Shown: positions 51,334-62,136, numbered from the stretch's first letter. The stretch: 64,000 bases of DNA from Candidatus Latescibacterota bacterium (GCA_965237525.1 CBDEFO010000008.1:416001-480000); one strand, 5' to 3'. The notes: generated by a model from the letters alone, not told the origin. Program-made: numbers and translations.

Positions 51334-51763
51334 ACAGATATGGATAGTTCCGGGGATTCCTTTCTCAGCACCGCTTTTGTGTTGGACCGAGGCATAGCGC
51401 TTAAAAACGTTCCCACAAGATTCTTCCTATTTGCAGTGGAACATGGGAGTGAAGAAAACTGGAGGTCTGCTCACCTTCGAACTAAATATATCATAATTCT
51501 TAATGGGTTGCAAGTGAAATTTTGTGTCCGTCCTAGTTTACAATGTGAACGTGTTGTCCACATAGTTGTCCACATCTTATCTTTTCAATGTGGAATAGAT
51601 GAATTTACTCTTAACTATATCATTAATATACAAAATGTTAGGCTGAACGATAAATCTTAACACAAGTTGCTCCGTATTCCTTGAATAATGTGGATAACCT
51701 TATCACAATATTCTTAACATACTGTTTATCTATATCTTATCTAATATCCAATAATGTGGATAT
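51326..51763. promoter_or_regulatory. DnaA-box cluster 1 (candidate oriC or DnaA titration locus)
   Basis: TTGTCCACA at 51326, 51554 and 51566; TGTGGAATA 51589; TGTGGATAA 51689; TGTGGATAT 51755; AT-rich. Confidence 0.8.
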
Positions 51764-51784
51764 CTGGTGAATAGTTTCGTACGA

Positions 51785-52456
51785 TCATGTTTTCTTAATA
51801 AATACCAGAGATCCCTGCCGCTCTATTATGGGCACCTGGATGCGCTGGATTTGTATGTTGAAGCGAAGATCAGGAAAGCGGGCACAGAGGGCCTCTATCT
51901 CATTTGTAGGATGGGGGCCCCTGTAGCACATGAGAAATCCGGAGGGCTTCAGAAGAGGTTCACAGAGAGTGAAAAGAACAGGGAGTTGTGCCACTGCGCG
52001 TGCGGTTACACCGTCGAAACCGAATCTGTATTGGGGATCGGAAGATAGATCTTCCGCTCTGCTGCATAAGACATTTACATCGGTAAGGTCAAGGGTCCTC
52101 ACAAGGGTTCTGAGAAAGGAAGCAGCTTTTCGCCTGGACTCCACAAGGGTTAATCTGAGGTCGGGGCGGACGATCTTCAGCGGCACGCCGGGAAAACCAG
52201 CCCCGGAACCGATGTCGAGAATCCTAAGATCGCACAAGTCGCGAAGAAAGGGGAGGGCGGTCAGGGAATCCAAGAAATGATGAGTAACGATCCTGTCGCG
52301 GTCGCTTGTGGATATAAGATTGACTTTGTGCGCCCATTTTAGCAGGAGATCCCGATAGGCCATGAACGCCCGGATCTGCCGGTCCTCAAGAGAAATGTCG
52401 AGTTGGGAGCAGCCGGTGGACAGATGATGGATATCTGCAAGGGAGGGTGTAGACAT
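51785..52456 (-). CDS. rsmG: 16S rRNA m7G527 methyltransferase
   Basis: HFLDSL, DIGSGAGFPG, RAE, ARAVA. Confidence 0.95.
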   Translation of the reverse strand: MSTPSLADIHHLSTGCSQLDISLEDRQIRAFMAYRDLLLKWAHKVNLISTSDRDRIVTHHFLDSLTALPFLRDLCDLRILDIGSGAGFPGVPLKIVRPDLRLTLVESRRKAASFLRTLVRTLDLTDVNVLCSRAEDLSSDPQYRFGFDGVTARAVAQLPVLFTLCEPLLKPSGFLMCYRGPHPTNEIEALCARFPDLRFNIQIQRIQVPIIERQGSLVFIKKT

Positions 52457-52463
52457 AACGCGG

Positions 52464-54350
52464 TCAACTGCGCCGATATCTTTCTATGTGGACGAGAAGA
52501 ACAGAGATGTCGGAGGATCTTACACCGGCTATCCTGGAAGCTTGTCCCACCGAACGAGGCCTGATCTCCGTCAACTTCTGCCGAGCTTCTGCCGATAGAG
52601 CGGATATGGACAGGTAATCGAAGTCGTCCGGTATGATTCTGCCTTCCATGTTTCGGAATTTTTGGACGTGCTTCATCTGCCTGGTGATATAGCCTTTGTA
52701 CTTCACTTCGATTTCGGTCTCTCTGGCGACATCAGCGGGAAGAGCAGCCGCGGCGTCCATCAGAGGTATCAAGTATTCGTATCGCAGTTCCGGGCGTTTG
52801 AGGAGCTGGTCGAGCGAACAGGACTCTGATATCTCGGCGGAGCCAGCGCGATTTAGAATCGGATTGGCTTGGGGCGGACGCACCTTGGTGGACTTAAGCA
52901 TCGAAACTCCATCCCGGATACGTTTCCTTTTTTTCGACCTTTCCTTTATAACATCCTTCGGGACAAGGCCTATCCTATCAGCGTGATCCAAGAGTCTGGT
53001 GTCGGCGTTGTCCTGACGCAGTAAGAGGCGGTACTCCGCCCTGGATGTGAACATGCGGTAGGGTTCCCTGATCTCCTTTGTCACCAGATCGTCAACCAGA
53101 ACACCAATATAGGCCTCCGACCTGTCAAGTATCAGGGACTTCTCCCCTCTGATCTTCAGAGCCGCATTTATGCCCGCGATCAGCCCCTGGGCAGCGGCTT
53201 CTTCGTAGCCGGACGTGCCGTTGAGCTGACCTGCAAGGAAGAGACCGGAGACGATCTTGGTCTCCAACGTGGGGTAAAGCTGTGAAGGGAAGACAAAGTC
53301 ATATTCCACAGCGTAGCCGGGCTTCGTAATCTGCGCCTCCTCCATGCCCACAATCGTCCTTAAAGCCTTCAACTGGACGCCCTCAGGCAGACTTGTGGAA
53401 AATCCGTTGATGTAAACCTCCGTCGTGCCCCTACCCTCCGGCTCGATGAATATCTGATGCGACGGTTTATCGCTGAAGCGAACGACCTTATCCTCGATGG
53501 AGGGGCAGTACCTGGGACCGATGCCGACTATCCTGCCTGAGTAGAGAGGAGACTGATCCAAGGACGATGTGATTGCCTTATGAGTAGCAGAGTTAGTGCG
53601 GGTAAGGTAGCACATGACCTGATTGACATCCAATTTGTATGTATCAAATGAGAACGGCTCGGGGGGTTCGTCCCCCGCCTGTTCATCCATCACATCGTAG
53701 TTCAGACTCCTGCCCTCAACTCTCGGCGACGTGCCGGTTTTTAGCCTCCCCAACGCTAAGCCGAGTTCCCTGAGAGAGTCGGAGAGGGACGATGCAGGAT
53801 CTTCTCCTACACGACCGGAGGGTGTGTTTTCGAGGCCCATGTGGATAAGCCCTTTGAGGAAGGTCCCAGTCGTGATGATCACGGCCGACGAGTGGAACTC
53901 ATCTCCCGACGAAGTGGACGCTCCACTGGCAGTCGATATTCCTATAGCCTTCCGTCCGTCAGTGAGTATAGATGCAACTTGAGTCTTCTTTATATGGAGA
54001 TTTGGCTGACTTTCCACTATTCGCCTCATCTGAGTTTTATACACAGCCCTGTCCGCCTGAGCGCGAGGAGACCACACAGCGGGTCCTTTGGACCTGTTTA
54101 GCATCTTGAACTGTATGCCTGTTCGGTCTATAGCCTTTGCCATCTCTCCTCCCAGTGCATCTATCTCCCTGACCAGATGACCTTTGCCCAGACCGCCGAT
54201 AGCGGGATTACAGGGCATATGGGCTATGTTATCAGGGTTCATGGTCACAAGCACTGTGGAGCATCCCGTTCTGGCTGCCGCAAGAGCGGCTTCACAGCCA
54301 GCGTGGCCCCCGCCGATCACTATAACATCGTATCTATTAGAATTTAACAT
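52464..54350 (-). CDS. mnmG: tRNA modification enzyme MnmG (GidA)
   Basis: [33 protein letters not shown]. Confidence 0.98.
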   Translation of the reverse strand: MLNSNRYDVIVIGGGHAGCEAALAAARTGCSTVLVTMNPDNIAHMPCNPAIGGLGKGHLVREIDALGGEMAKAIDRTGIQFKMLNRSKGPAVWSPRAQADRAVYKTQMRRIVESQPNLHIKKTQVASILTDGRKAIGISTASGASTSSGDEFHSSAVIITTGTFLKGLIHMGLENTPSGRVGEDPASSLSDSLRELGLALGRLKTGTSPRVEGRSLNYDVMDEQAGDEPPEPFSFDTYKLDVNQVMCYLTRTNSATHKAITSSLDQSPLYSGRIVGIGPRYCPSIEDKVVRFSDKPSHQIFIEPEGRGTTEVYINGFSTSLPEGVQLKALRTIVGMEEAQITKPGYAVEYDFVFPSQLYPTLETKIVSGLFLAGQLNGTSGYEEAAAQGLIAGINAALKIRGEKSLILDRSEAYIGVLVDDLVTKEIREPYRMFTSRAEYRLLLRQDNADTRLLDHADRIGLVPKDVIKERSKKRKRIRDGVSMLKSTKVRPPQANPILNRAGSAEISESCSLDQLLKRPELRYEYLIPLMDAAAALPADVARETEIEVKYKGYITRQMKHVQKFRNMEGRIIPDDFDYLSISALSAEARQKLTEIRPRSVGQASRIAGVRSSDISVLLVHIERYRRS

Positions 54351-54391
54351 ATATACTTCTCTATTTACGGACGTTTCACACTTCCTAAAGT

Positions 54392-54452
54392 TGTTTCACG
54401 TGAAACAACCTCTCGCCTTGCGCTTTCAAGCTGAATTGTTTCACGTGGAACA
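54392..54452. other. Two parS sites
   Basis: TGTTTCACGTGAAACA 54392-54407 and TGTTTCACGTGGAACA 54437-54452. Confidence 0.92.
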
Positions 54453-54456
54453 TTTC

Positions 54457-55842
54457 CTATTTCCCGATGCAGAACTCCTCAAAGATCTTATTTAGAACGT
54501 CTGCTGACGTCGTCTCTCCGACGATCTCTCCCAGAGCATCCAAGCCCTCCCTGATGTCAAACGACACGTACTCGGACGACATTCCGCCTCGAACTGCATC
54601 CTTAGCCGATCTCAACGACAGAGACGCCCTCCTGAGACAGTCAGCGTGTCTTTCTTTTGTTATCACCTCTCCGTCCTCCCTATTTTCCAGTCCGTTCAAC
54701 AGAGGGGCTGACATCGCGGCTTTCAGATCATCCAGTCCTAATCTCTCTGTCGCTGAGATATTCACGGATGAACCGTTTCCGAATATCTTCAAGTCATCTT
54801 CCCTGACGGAAACTCCCAGATCTAGCTTATTTAGCGCCAGTATTTTTTCCTTACTTCCCACAATACTTGCCAGTGCTCTATCCTTCTCATCTAACGGCTG
54901 TGACCCGTCCAAAACCACGACAGCTATCTCTGATTCATCGACACTATAAAGCGTGCGTTTACGCCCCTCCCTTTCAACAGGATCATCTGTGTCTCTGAGA
55001 CCGGCAGTATCCACCACTACGCAAGGGATCCCCTCAATGTTTATCCATCCCTCAATGGAATCCCTTGTAGTCCCCGGAAGAGGCGTCACAATTGCGCGAT
55101 CCTCGTCCAGAAGGGCGTTCAACAGGCTCGACTTACCTACATTCGGCTTTCCCACTAAAGCGACTTTCGCGCCCTCCTTAATCACTTTTCCAAATCGAAA
55201 CGAACCTTCAAGACGATCTATCTCTCCTATAGCCTCCTCCAACATCTTCATCACCTCAGAATTATCCACGAACTCTATATCCTCCTCTGCAAAATCCAGG
55301 GATACCTCTAAAAGCGCCATACATTCAGTGAGACTGGCCTTAAGTTTCTCAAGCCGCCTAGATAGTGCACCCCTCAACTGAAAATAAGCCGCCTTGAGTC
55401 CCTCTTTGCCCTTTGCCTTTACCAGATCAGCTACAGCTTCAGCCTGAGATAGATCGATCTTCCGGTTTAAAAACGCTCGCTTGGTAAACTCCCCTCTTTG
55501 GGCAAGTCTGGCGCCCGACGCAAGTAGAACCTCCAGAATCCTCCTTTGAAGCAGGACTCCCCCGTGGCAGTGGACCTCTACTACATCCTCGCCGGTGTAG
55601 GACCTGGGGCACCTCATCACACTTACCAATACCTCATCTATCTCTTGTCCCCTATAGACTATCAGCCCATGAAGTATGGTATGGCTCTTTGCGTCCTGCA
55701 GCCGCTTTTTACCGCTCCCGTCAAATATACTATCTGCTATCTCTACAGCCCGGCTGCCACTTAGGCGAATTATCCCTACTCCTCCTTCGCCCAAAGCTGT
55801 AGCTATCGCTGCTATCGTATCATCTATCAAAGCCTTATTCAT
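54457..55842 (-). CDS. mnmE: tRNA modification GTPase MnmE
   Basis: DTIAAIAT, GKPNVGKSS, GTTRD, DTAG, FCIGK. Confidence 0.98.
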   Translation of the reverse strand: MNKALIDDTIAAIATALGEGGVGIIRLSGSRAVEIADSIFDGSGKKRLQDAKSHTILHGLIVYRGQEIDEVLVSVMRCPRSYTGEDVVEVHCHGGVLLQRRILEVLLASGARLAQRGEFTKRAFLNRKIDLSQAEAVADLVKAKGKEGLKAAYFQLRGALSRRLEKLKASLTECMALLEVSLDFAEEDIEFVDNSEVMKMLEEAIGEIDRLEGSFRFGKVIKEGAKVALVGKPNVGKSSLLNALLDEDRAIVTPLPGTTRDSIEGWINIEGIPCVVVDTAGLRDTDDPVEREGRKRTLYSVDESEIAVVVLDGSQPLDEKDRALASIVGSKEKILALNKLDLGVSVREDDLKIFGNGSSVNISATERLGLDDLKAAMSAPLLNGLENREDGEVITKERHADCLRRASLSLRSAKDAVRGGMSSEYVSFDIREGLDALGEIVGETTSADVLNKIFEEFCIGK

Positions 55843-55966
55843 ATGAAAAACAGGGGCACTTATAGCCCCATTCTATCCTTTCATCTGCCCGTCTGAGTAT
55901 CGGAGCAAAGCACACCTGATCTTTCATCTTCCTAAAGACCGTATTGGGTGGTGTAAGACAGGTAAA

Positions 55967-55982
55967 TGTTTCATCTGAAACA
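55967..55982. other. Degenerate parS site
   Basis: TGTTTCATCTGAAACA, two mismatches to consensus. Confidence 0.55.
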
Positions 55983-56009
55983 TTTTGGCCTTCTGTTTAG
56001 TCCCACCTC

Positions 56010-57800
56010 CTAAATCTCCTTTGACTTTCCTCTCCTTTTCTGCTTTACGACCGTGACTGGTTCCTCTTTTTTGAGTTTCGATAGCTTCGGTTGGATCACT
56101 ACTTGCTGAATCCCGCTAAAAATGTTAAACATTGTCCAGTAGAGCACCAGACCTGCCGAGAAGCTCTTAAAGATGAATACCATGACCACGGGCATAATAT
56201 ATACCATAGCTGCCTGCTTGGGGTCCTTCATAGTCATCTTCTGCTGGATGAACATAGTGACACCCATCAGAACCGGAAGAACATAATAAGGGTCCGGAGC
56301 GGAAAGGTCCTGTAGCCACAGCACGAATTCGGCTTTTCTCAACTCTATCGTGCTACTGAATACGGTGTAAAGAGCGATAAATATCGGCATCTGAAGGAGC
56401 ATCGGCCAACAGCCCCCCATAGGATTTACCCCCTGTTGTTTGTAAAGCTTCATCATTTCCTGACTCTGCCGCTGCTTGTCATCTTTGTATTTTTCTTTTA
56501 ACTCTGCCATCTTTGGCTGAAGTGATTGCATCTTGGACATCGACTGATAGCTCTTATGCGTGAGCGGATAGACGGCGATCTTAACCAGAAGTGAAAAGAT
56601 AATTATGACAACTCCATAGTTGGGTATCCAATCATATAGTCCAATTAATATGGGAATGAGCACCTTGGATGAAATTGGCTTTAAAATCGGCTGGAGGAAG
56701 GGCCATCCCCAGTCTATTACACCGTCCAGACCGTAAGGGCCCACGTCCCTCAGTGTGGGATACGATATCGGACCCATATAGATAAGACTATTTATTTCTC
56801 CATCCTCCCCCATATCACTAGCAATAGTGAAATCGTAGATAGGGATGCTATACCCGCTCAGGTCTTCTCTCCAGTCTCCCGACACACGAGCTTCCGACTC
56901 TCGCCCGTCAACAGGTGCAAGACAGATAAAGAAATATCTATTCCTTACGCCTATCCAGTCTAGTCGTCCATTCCTTACGCCTATCCAGTCTGGCCGTTGA
57001 TATTTACCTTCGTCTTTATTCTCAATCTCAAATTGCTCTACCTCTCCTCCCATAAACGTATAGGCCTTCGTAGAGAGCAAATCCTGAGCTGTGTCAGCCT
57101 CTGTGATCGTAATTCCACCTGTCCAATTCAAAGTGCACTTGACGTCCTCACCGAAGCCTACGACGTTCACTTTCAGCCCTATGTCGTATCTATCCCCCTT
57201 TATAGTTAACCGTCTTTCTATTTTCCTACCGTCTCCCAGGTCCGCAGTGAAGGTTATTTCTCGCTCCTGGGCTTTCTCTACAAATATGTGGTCTCTGTCG
57301 GTGATGATGAACTCGGCGGCACTTAAATCATGCACATTCCCATCTAGCTCAAGCAAGAGCGTAGGTCCCCCACCTCCATGCTCTATTAGCTCAACCCATC
57401 CTCCATCTTGTCCCTCAAACTTTTTGAGCTTCAGACTCGTGAACCCTCCTCCTTTCGTGCTTATCGTGCCCATGAAGACTTCGTTCTCCACTGTCACGTC
57501 CCTGGCTTCAAAAACCTCTTGAGGATTATATAGGTCAGCTTGTGTGCCGTCTTCGCTCCATTCGTGTTCGTCAGCCTCTTGGATATCCCAGGTACTTATT
57601 TCCTTCTGCGGGTCCGGAGAGTCAAAGTTTCTTGCGGCTTCCTTTTCTAGAACTTCTGTAGGTCCATCTTCGTCAGTCGTCTGTCTGTCGTCTTTATCCT
57701 GATTCGGATCCTCTCCGATCAACTTCTCATAAAGCGGAGTAGAAGTCAAAATTATCACTAATCCTATCAATATAAATGCTATTACTGTATTCTTGTCCAT
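56010..57800 (-). CDS. yidC: Membrane protein insertase YidC
   Basis: IDWGW, NYG, NPMGGCWP, WLQDLS, GLVLYW; ATG 57800 preferred. Confidence 0.96.
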   Translation of the reverse strand: MDKNTVIAFILIGLVIILTSTPLYEKLIGEDPNQDKDDRQTTDEDGPTEVLEKEAARNFDSPDPQKEISTWDIQEADEHEWSEDGTQADLYNPQEVFEARDVTVENEVFMGTISTKGGGFTSLKLKKFEGQDGGWVELIEHGGGGPTLLLELDGNVHDLSAAEFIITDRDHIFVEKAQEREITFTADLGDGRKIERRLTIKGDRYDIGLKVNVVGFGEDVKCTLNWTGGITITEADTAQDLLSTKAYTFMGGEVEQFEIENKDEGKYQRPDWIGVRNGRLDWIGVRNRYFFICLAPVDGRESEARVSGDWREDLSGYSIPIYDFTIASDMGEDGEINSLIYMGPISYPTLRDVGPYGLDGVIDWGWPFLQPILKPISSKVLIPILIGLYDWIPNYGVVIIIFSLLVKIAVYPLTHKSYQSMSKMQSLQPKMAELKEKYKDDKQRQSQEMMKLYKQQGVNPMGGCWPMLLQMPIFIALYTVFSSTIELRKAEFVLWLQDLSAPDPYYVLPVLMGVTMFIQQKMTMKDPKQAAMVYIMPVVMVFIFKSFSAGLVLYWTMFNIFSGIQQVVIQPKLSKLKKEEPVTVVKQKRRGKSKEI

Positions 57801-57808
57801 GATTCTCT

Positions 57809-58027
57809 CTATTCCAGCGGATCGTATCCCCAGCCCCCCCAAGGATGGCATTTCAGCAACCGTTTTACAGTTAGCAATATTCCCCTTGTAGGGCCATTTT
57901 TCTCAATGGCTTCTATGGCGTATGATGAGCACGACGGAGTAAAACGACAGGCCCCTACCAAGAATGGCCGAATAGAGATCCTGTAGGCTTCAATTAAAGA
58001 TATTAAGGTTTTAGATATTATCCGCAT
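57809..58027 (-). CDS. yidD: Membrane protein insertion efficiency factor YidD
   Basis: CRFTPSCS, KCHPW, GYDP. Confidence 0.93.
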   Translation of the reverse strand: MRIISKTLISLIEAYRISIRPFLVGACRFTPSCSSYAIEAIEKNGPTRGILLTVKRLLKCHPWGGWGYDPLE

Positions 58028-58347
58028 AGTCCAGCTTTGTCAAGTAACTCAATTATACCATCTTCTAGTGCCACATAGTGCAGTCCGTATGCCCGCTTGT
58101 CTGGAACTATTGCGAGCTTTGCATTTTTGTGTCCCATCTTCTTTAGTCTATTACGGCAAGCATCTTTTAGTTGCCGCTTTAGCTGATTCCTCGTTACCGC
58201 GGTCTGGATTCCTTTCGGCAAAAGCACATGAATTTTCAGTCTCCCTTCCCCCCTGATGAAGCAGAGTCTCCCCAAGGACCCTTCCAACCACTCGCCGTGT
58301 TGTAAAAGGTGTTTAACAACGGTGTCTTTGTTGTGTGCGTTGCCCAT
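58018..58347 (-). CDS. rnpA: RNase P protein component, divergent
   Basis: Syntenic position; AVTRNQLKRQLKD variant of the RNR motif. Confidence 0.75.
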   Translation of the reverse strand: MGNAHNKDTVVKHLLQHGEWLEGSLGRLCFIRGEGRLKIHVLLPKGIQTAVTRNQLKRQLKDACRNRLKKMGHKNAKLAIVPDKRAYGLHYVALEDGIIELLDKAGLCG

Positions 58348-58357
58348 TAGTATTAAA

Positions 58358-58492
58358 TCATACGGCTAAACGCTTTCTTCCTCTCTGTCTCCGCCGTTTG
58401 ATCACTTGGCGCCCCGCTGGTGTCTTCATTCTCCTTCTGAATCCATGTTTATTTTTGCGTTTTCTGTTGCTGGGCTGGAATGTCCTCTTCAA
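58358..58492 (-). CDS. rpmH: 50S ribosomal protein L34
   Basis: TTG start after [26 protein letters not shown]. Confidence 0.97.
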   Translation of the reverse strand: MKRTFQPSNRKRKNKHGFRRRMKTPAGRQVIKRRRQRGRKRLAV

Positions 58493-58875
58493 TTTAAATC
58501 CTCCACTGTAGCTATGCACTGAAGTCTTTTTGTTTTTTTGGTGGTGAATGATTAAATATAAACGTAATTTTTTTTCTGTCAAGCTCTTTCCCTGATCATT
58601 CCCAGCCTGAAAAGGGTGCTGGTTTAAAGTACTGATAAGATCGAGAAGTTATGGTGTTGGGCCAAGTTAACTCTTTTCTTGGGAAATCGTTAGGTATTCA
58701 GAAGTATAGTTGATCTAAAATATTGCATTGTCTTACAACCTAGCAAGGACTCGTTTTCATATACCATGTGTTTTACATGAGTGTCTATATATGTTAAGCA
58801 TTATGAGTATGTTATAGTAATGGTTTCGCTGGTTTTTTAGGAGTGGAGTAACCCGTTTTTTCAGTCGAAAATCTC

Positions 58876-58929
58876 TTGACTTTCCCTATTTGAATTTGTA
58901 GTTTTTAGAGGTATGCGGCGTGTGGACAA
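58876..58929 (+). promoter_or_regulatory. Putative native dnaA promoter with a DnaA box
   Basis: TTGACT-N17-TAGTTT, then TGTGGACAA at 58921-58929. Confidence 0.55.
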
Positions 58930-59193
58930 ATGTAGCTCTTCAGATGGATCTGTAATCGCTGCACTCCTAACGCTACACCTGAAAGTCTGCTTTTCGCCCG
59001 TTCATTCGCGTAAACATTAGGATTACCAGCCGAAAGAATCTCCGCTAGTGTCTCGGTGGATCTCTGTATTTAGCAGATGTATCGTTGCTATTTTCCCGGT
59101 ATGCATGAACAGCGAATTGGTGTTATTCGGAAGGGCTTTTCTCACGTTGTACCCTTGCTAGCGTGAATCGTTGTTGTTTTTACCTTTACCTAA

Positions 59194-60712
59194 AAGCCTT
59201 GTGAAATAGTTATGTCCCAGGCAGCGTCTGAAGTGCCGATTATGGGTCAAAGAGTAGCATATCGTATCGTTTTGCTGTGGAATAAGCAAAATAGTCTTAT
59301 CAGAGTTCTGGTCAGCAAGGAATAGGAGCTGTTTGAAGAACAGGATGCACTGTCTTTGACAGACAGGGCACACATAGACGCTTTCCCCCTTCTTATGAAA
59401 GATACAAGCCTCTTGAGATTCTGTACTGTTGCAACAAGATTCAACTGTTCATTCAGTGAGGCTGGTCCTCTGTAACGGGCTCGTCCCATACCGTGTTGTT
59501 GCCTGGCTTCAGCAAAGATATGTTCACTGCGTTTACGGAGTCTCCGGGAGAGTTTGTAGTCAGCTGTTAATGAGATAGACCGTGCATGATTTCTGGCTTT
59601 CGCCTCTCGCACTTTTCTATCCCGTTCGGCCTGAATATGTGCTGAATTTGTCTTGTTTTTCCATGTAGGAATCGGTTCAATCTTCTCATCGGCTCGCAGA
59701 GGAATATGGGGTATGATTCCCCGGTCAAGTACATCAGCGATAAAATTACCAGAACCGTAACCGGTATCGGCACTAAGTGTCTGAATGTCTTTGGGCATGG
59801 TGTATGTTTCAAGGTCATCTACCATCTTAAGGGCACTTTCGGGCTCTGCTGTCCCTGTCGCCTGCGTGCCCTGAGTCTCAAGGATTACTCTGCTTTTTGT
59901 GTCGATCAGATCATGGCCCATAAACGAGAGAAAAGCCCCTTTGCCCTTCGATTTGCTGTATAAGCGCGCGTCGGGGTCTGTAGTCGAACGGTGTGTTTGG
60001 TTCGTCCACTTTTCACCATGAAAGTCTTTATCCTGAGGATGCCCGGACCTACCCTTTGTCTTATCACCTTCAAAACCGATTCCCTTGAGATAATCATCAA
60101 GAGAAACAGGGGGTTCTATCGGCTCAATACTTTTCACTGAAGCATCAGCTTGTATCTGAGTGCCGTCGACACTAAGGTGTTTACCGCTCACAACACCGAC
60201 ATCTATGCAACACTGGACTACCTGACGCATTATCCGTTCAAACAACCCACTGGATGCCCACTTGTGATTGCGAAGCTTGTTGATCGTGCTCCTATCCGGA
60301 ACCGCATCATCAAATGTCTGATGACAAAACAACCGATATGCCGCATGCATCCCCACTTCCTGACAGAGCCGATTCTCACTCAAATTATACAGATAGCCAA
60401 TAAGGATCATTCGAACAACTAATTCAGGATCAATACCGGGTCTGCCATTGTCAGGGCAATAACAATCTGATACAACGTCTCGTACAAATGAAAAATCAAC
60501 TGCCTCATCAATCTGACGAAGGATATGATCCTCGGGAACTAAATCCTCCATCTGAAAATAGTGAAACATCGGATTTGTCTGTTCCTGCTCTTGTGGGGTC
60601 ATTGTTTCCTCCATGTATAATATTATCAATAACATAATATAATACATCGGAGCTGCTTTATCAATGCTTGTTCTATACTACTTTCTGAATCTAAGGGTTT
60701 TTCACAAGGCTT
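59194..60712 (-). mobile_element. IS1182-family insertion sequence
   Basis: 13-bp perfect terminal inverted repeats AAGCCTTGTGAAA / TTTCACAAGGCTT; CTAA target duplication at 59190-59193 and 60713-60716. Confidence 0.9.
59247..60602 (-). CDS. IS1182-family DDE transposase
   Basis: LVPEDHILR, GRPGIDP, VDGT, TTDPDAR, ADTGY, EHIFAEAR, NLKRL; ATG 60602 after GGAGG. Confidence 0.92.
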   Translation of the reverse strand: MTPQEQEQTNPMFHYFQMEDLVPEDHILRQIDEAVDFSFVRDVVSDCYCPDNGRPGIDPELVVRMILIGYLYNLSENRLCQEVGMHAAYRLFCHQTFDDAVPDRSTINKLRNHKWASSGLFERIMRQVVQCCIDVGVVSGKHLSVDGTQIQADASVKSIEPIEPPVSLDDYLKGIGFEGDKTKGRSGHPQDKDFHGEKWTNQTHRSTTDPDARLYSKSKGKGAFLSFMGHDLIDTKSRVILETQGTQATGTAEPESALKMVDDLETYTMPKDIQTLSADTGYGSGNFIADVLDRGIIPHIPLRADEKIEPIPTWKNKTNSAHIQAERDRKVREAKARNHARSISLTADYKLSRRLRKRSEHIFAEARQQHGMGRARYRGPASLNEQLNLVATVQNLKRLVSFIRRGKASMCALSVKDSASCSSNSSYSLLTRTLIRLFCLFHSKTIRYATL

Positions 60713-60720
60713 CTAAAGAG

Positions 60721-62136
60721 ATGGAAAAGTCACGTACGATAGAAGAGAAGATGTATAGCGACCCTCACGAAACATGGCGAAAATGCCTGAGTGCCATAGA
60801 GAAAAAAATTAAACACCAAAGCTTTGAGACCTGGTTTCGTACGACTAACTGTTGCCGATTCGACGAAGAGATAGTGGAAATCGAGGTGCCCAGTGCATTC
60901 TTTCGAGACTTTTTGGAGGAGAACTACTTTGATATAATATCAAGTACTATCCGGGAGGAGAGCTCCGTTTCTCCAGAAATTACGTTCTCTATAGTCGAGA
61001 ACGACATGCGTGGGCCGCCGTCGTTCTCACATGCTGGTTCTTCGCCGTCAGAAGATGGTCAGGCTTCTCCCATCTTAATGGGAACACTTAATTCGAAATA
61101 TACGTTTGATAAATTTGTGGTTGGAACAGGAAACGAGTTTGCGCATGCTGCTTCGATGGCTATAGCTGAAGCGCCTGGGGACAATCCTTTTAATCCTCTG
61201 GTGATCTATGGAGGAGTGGGACTGGGTAAGACTCACATCCTTCAGGCTATTGCGGACTTCTGCGTTTCGCAGGCTACTGTACAAAACATAATATACGTGT
61301 CGTCCGAGCAGTTCTTCACTGAGTTTATAAACTCCATGAAGGAGAGAAGAACTGCGGATTTTGCGAAAAGGTACCGTACTGCTGATATCCTGCTGGTAGA
61401 TGATGTGCAGTTTTTCCTTAGGACGGAGAGTATTCAACGGGAACTCTTCCACACGTTCAACGCACTGCACCAGAATGGTAAGCAGATAGTGCTCACGTCT
61501 GACTGTCCGCCTAATAGACTAAAGAGCATGGAAGAACGTCTTATTTCCCGATTCCAGTGGGGGCTCGTGACAAGTATAGAACCTCCCGACCTGGAGACGA
61601 GAATAGCTATCCTGAAAAAAAAGGCTGATGATCAGTCTATCGCTATATCTGATGAGATAGCCTCCTTCATTGCAAAGAACGTGAGTTCTAACATCCGGGA
61701 GCTTGAGGGCTGTCTTGTGAAGATTCTTGCGTATTCTTCGCTTAATAATCGGAGTATATCGTTAGAGATGGTAAAGAGGATTGTGGAACCTTCCATTCAT
61801 GCATCAGATCTTGGAGTAACTGTAGAGGTGATACAACGTAAGAGTTGTGAATATTATCAGGTCCCACAGGACGTGATGATAGGCAAGAGTCGCAAGCAGG
61901 ATGTAGCAGCAGCTCGCCAAATAGCTATGTATCTTTCAAAGAGCCTTACGAAGATGACGCTCAAGAATATAGGGTTGCACTTCGGCGGCAGAGATCATAC
62001 AACTGTCTTGCATGCATGTCAAAGAATAAGAAGTAGGATTGAGGCCGAGCAGAAATTCTCTGAAGAGATAAAGGCACTATCAGATTCCATTGTGGTAGAG
62101 GCTGCCTCGCAAAATATTCCCCCCTATTCCCATTAG
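60721..62136 (+). CDS. dnaA: Chromosomal replication initiator DnaA
   Basis: SFETWF, GGVGLGKTH, DDVQF, NIRELEG, GGRDHTTVLH; start at 60721 or 60751. Confidence 0.98.
   Translation: MEKSRTIEEKMYSDPHETWRKCLSAIEKKIKHQSFETWFRTTNCCRFDEEIVEIEVPSAFFRDFLEENYFDIISSTIREESSVSPEITFSIVENDMRGPPSFSHAGSSPSEDGQASPILMGTLNSKYTFDKFVVGTGNEFAHAASMAIAEAPGDNPFNPLVIYGGVGLGKTHILQAIADFCVSQATVQNIIYVSSEQFFTEFINSMKERRTADFAKRYRTADILLVDDVQFFLRTESIQRELFHTFNALHQNGKQIVLTSDCPPNRLKSMEERLISRFQWGLVTSIEPPDLETRIAILKKKADDQSIAISDEIASFIAKNVSSNIRELEGCLVKILAYSSLNNRSISLEMVKRIVEPSIHASDLGVTVEVIQRKSCEYYQVPQDVMIGKSRKQDVAAARQIAMYLSKSLTKMTLKNIGLHFGGRDHTTVLHACQRIRSRIEAEQKFSEEIKALSDSIVVEAASQNIPPYSH

Noticed and set aside
22503..57522. Numerous plus-strand ORFs opposite dcw, mnm and yidC genes
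   Set aside because: Antisense shadows of well-conserved genes with no recognisable motifs
60664..60720. DnaA start at 60664
   Set aside because: It lies inside the IS right end
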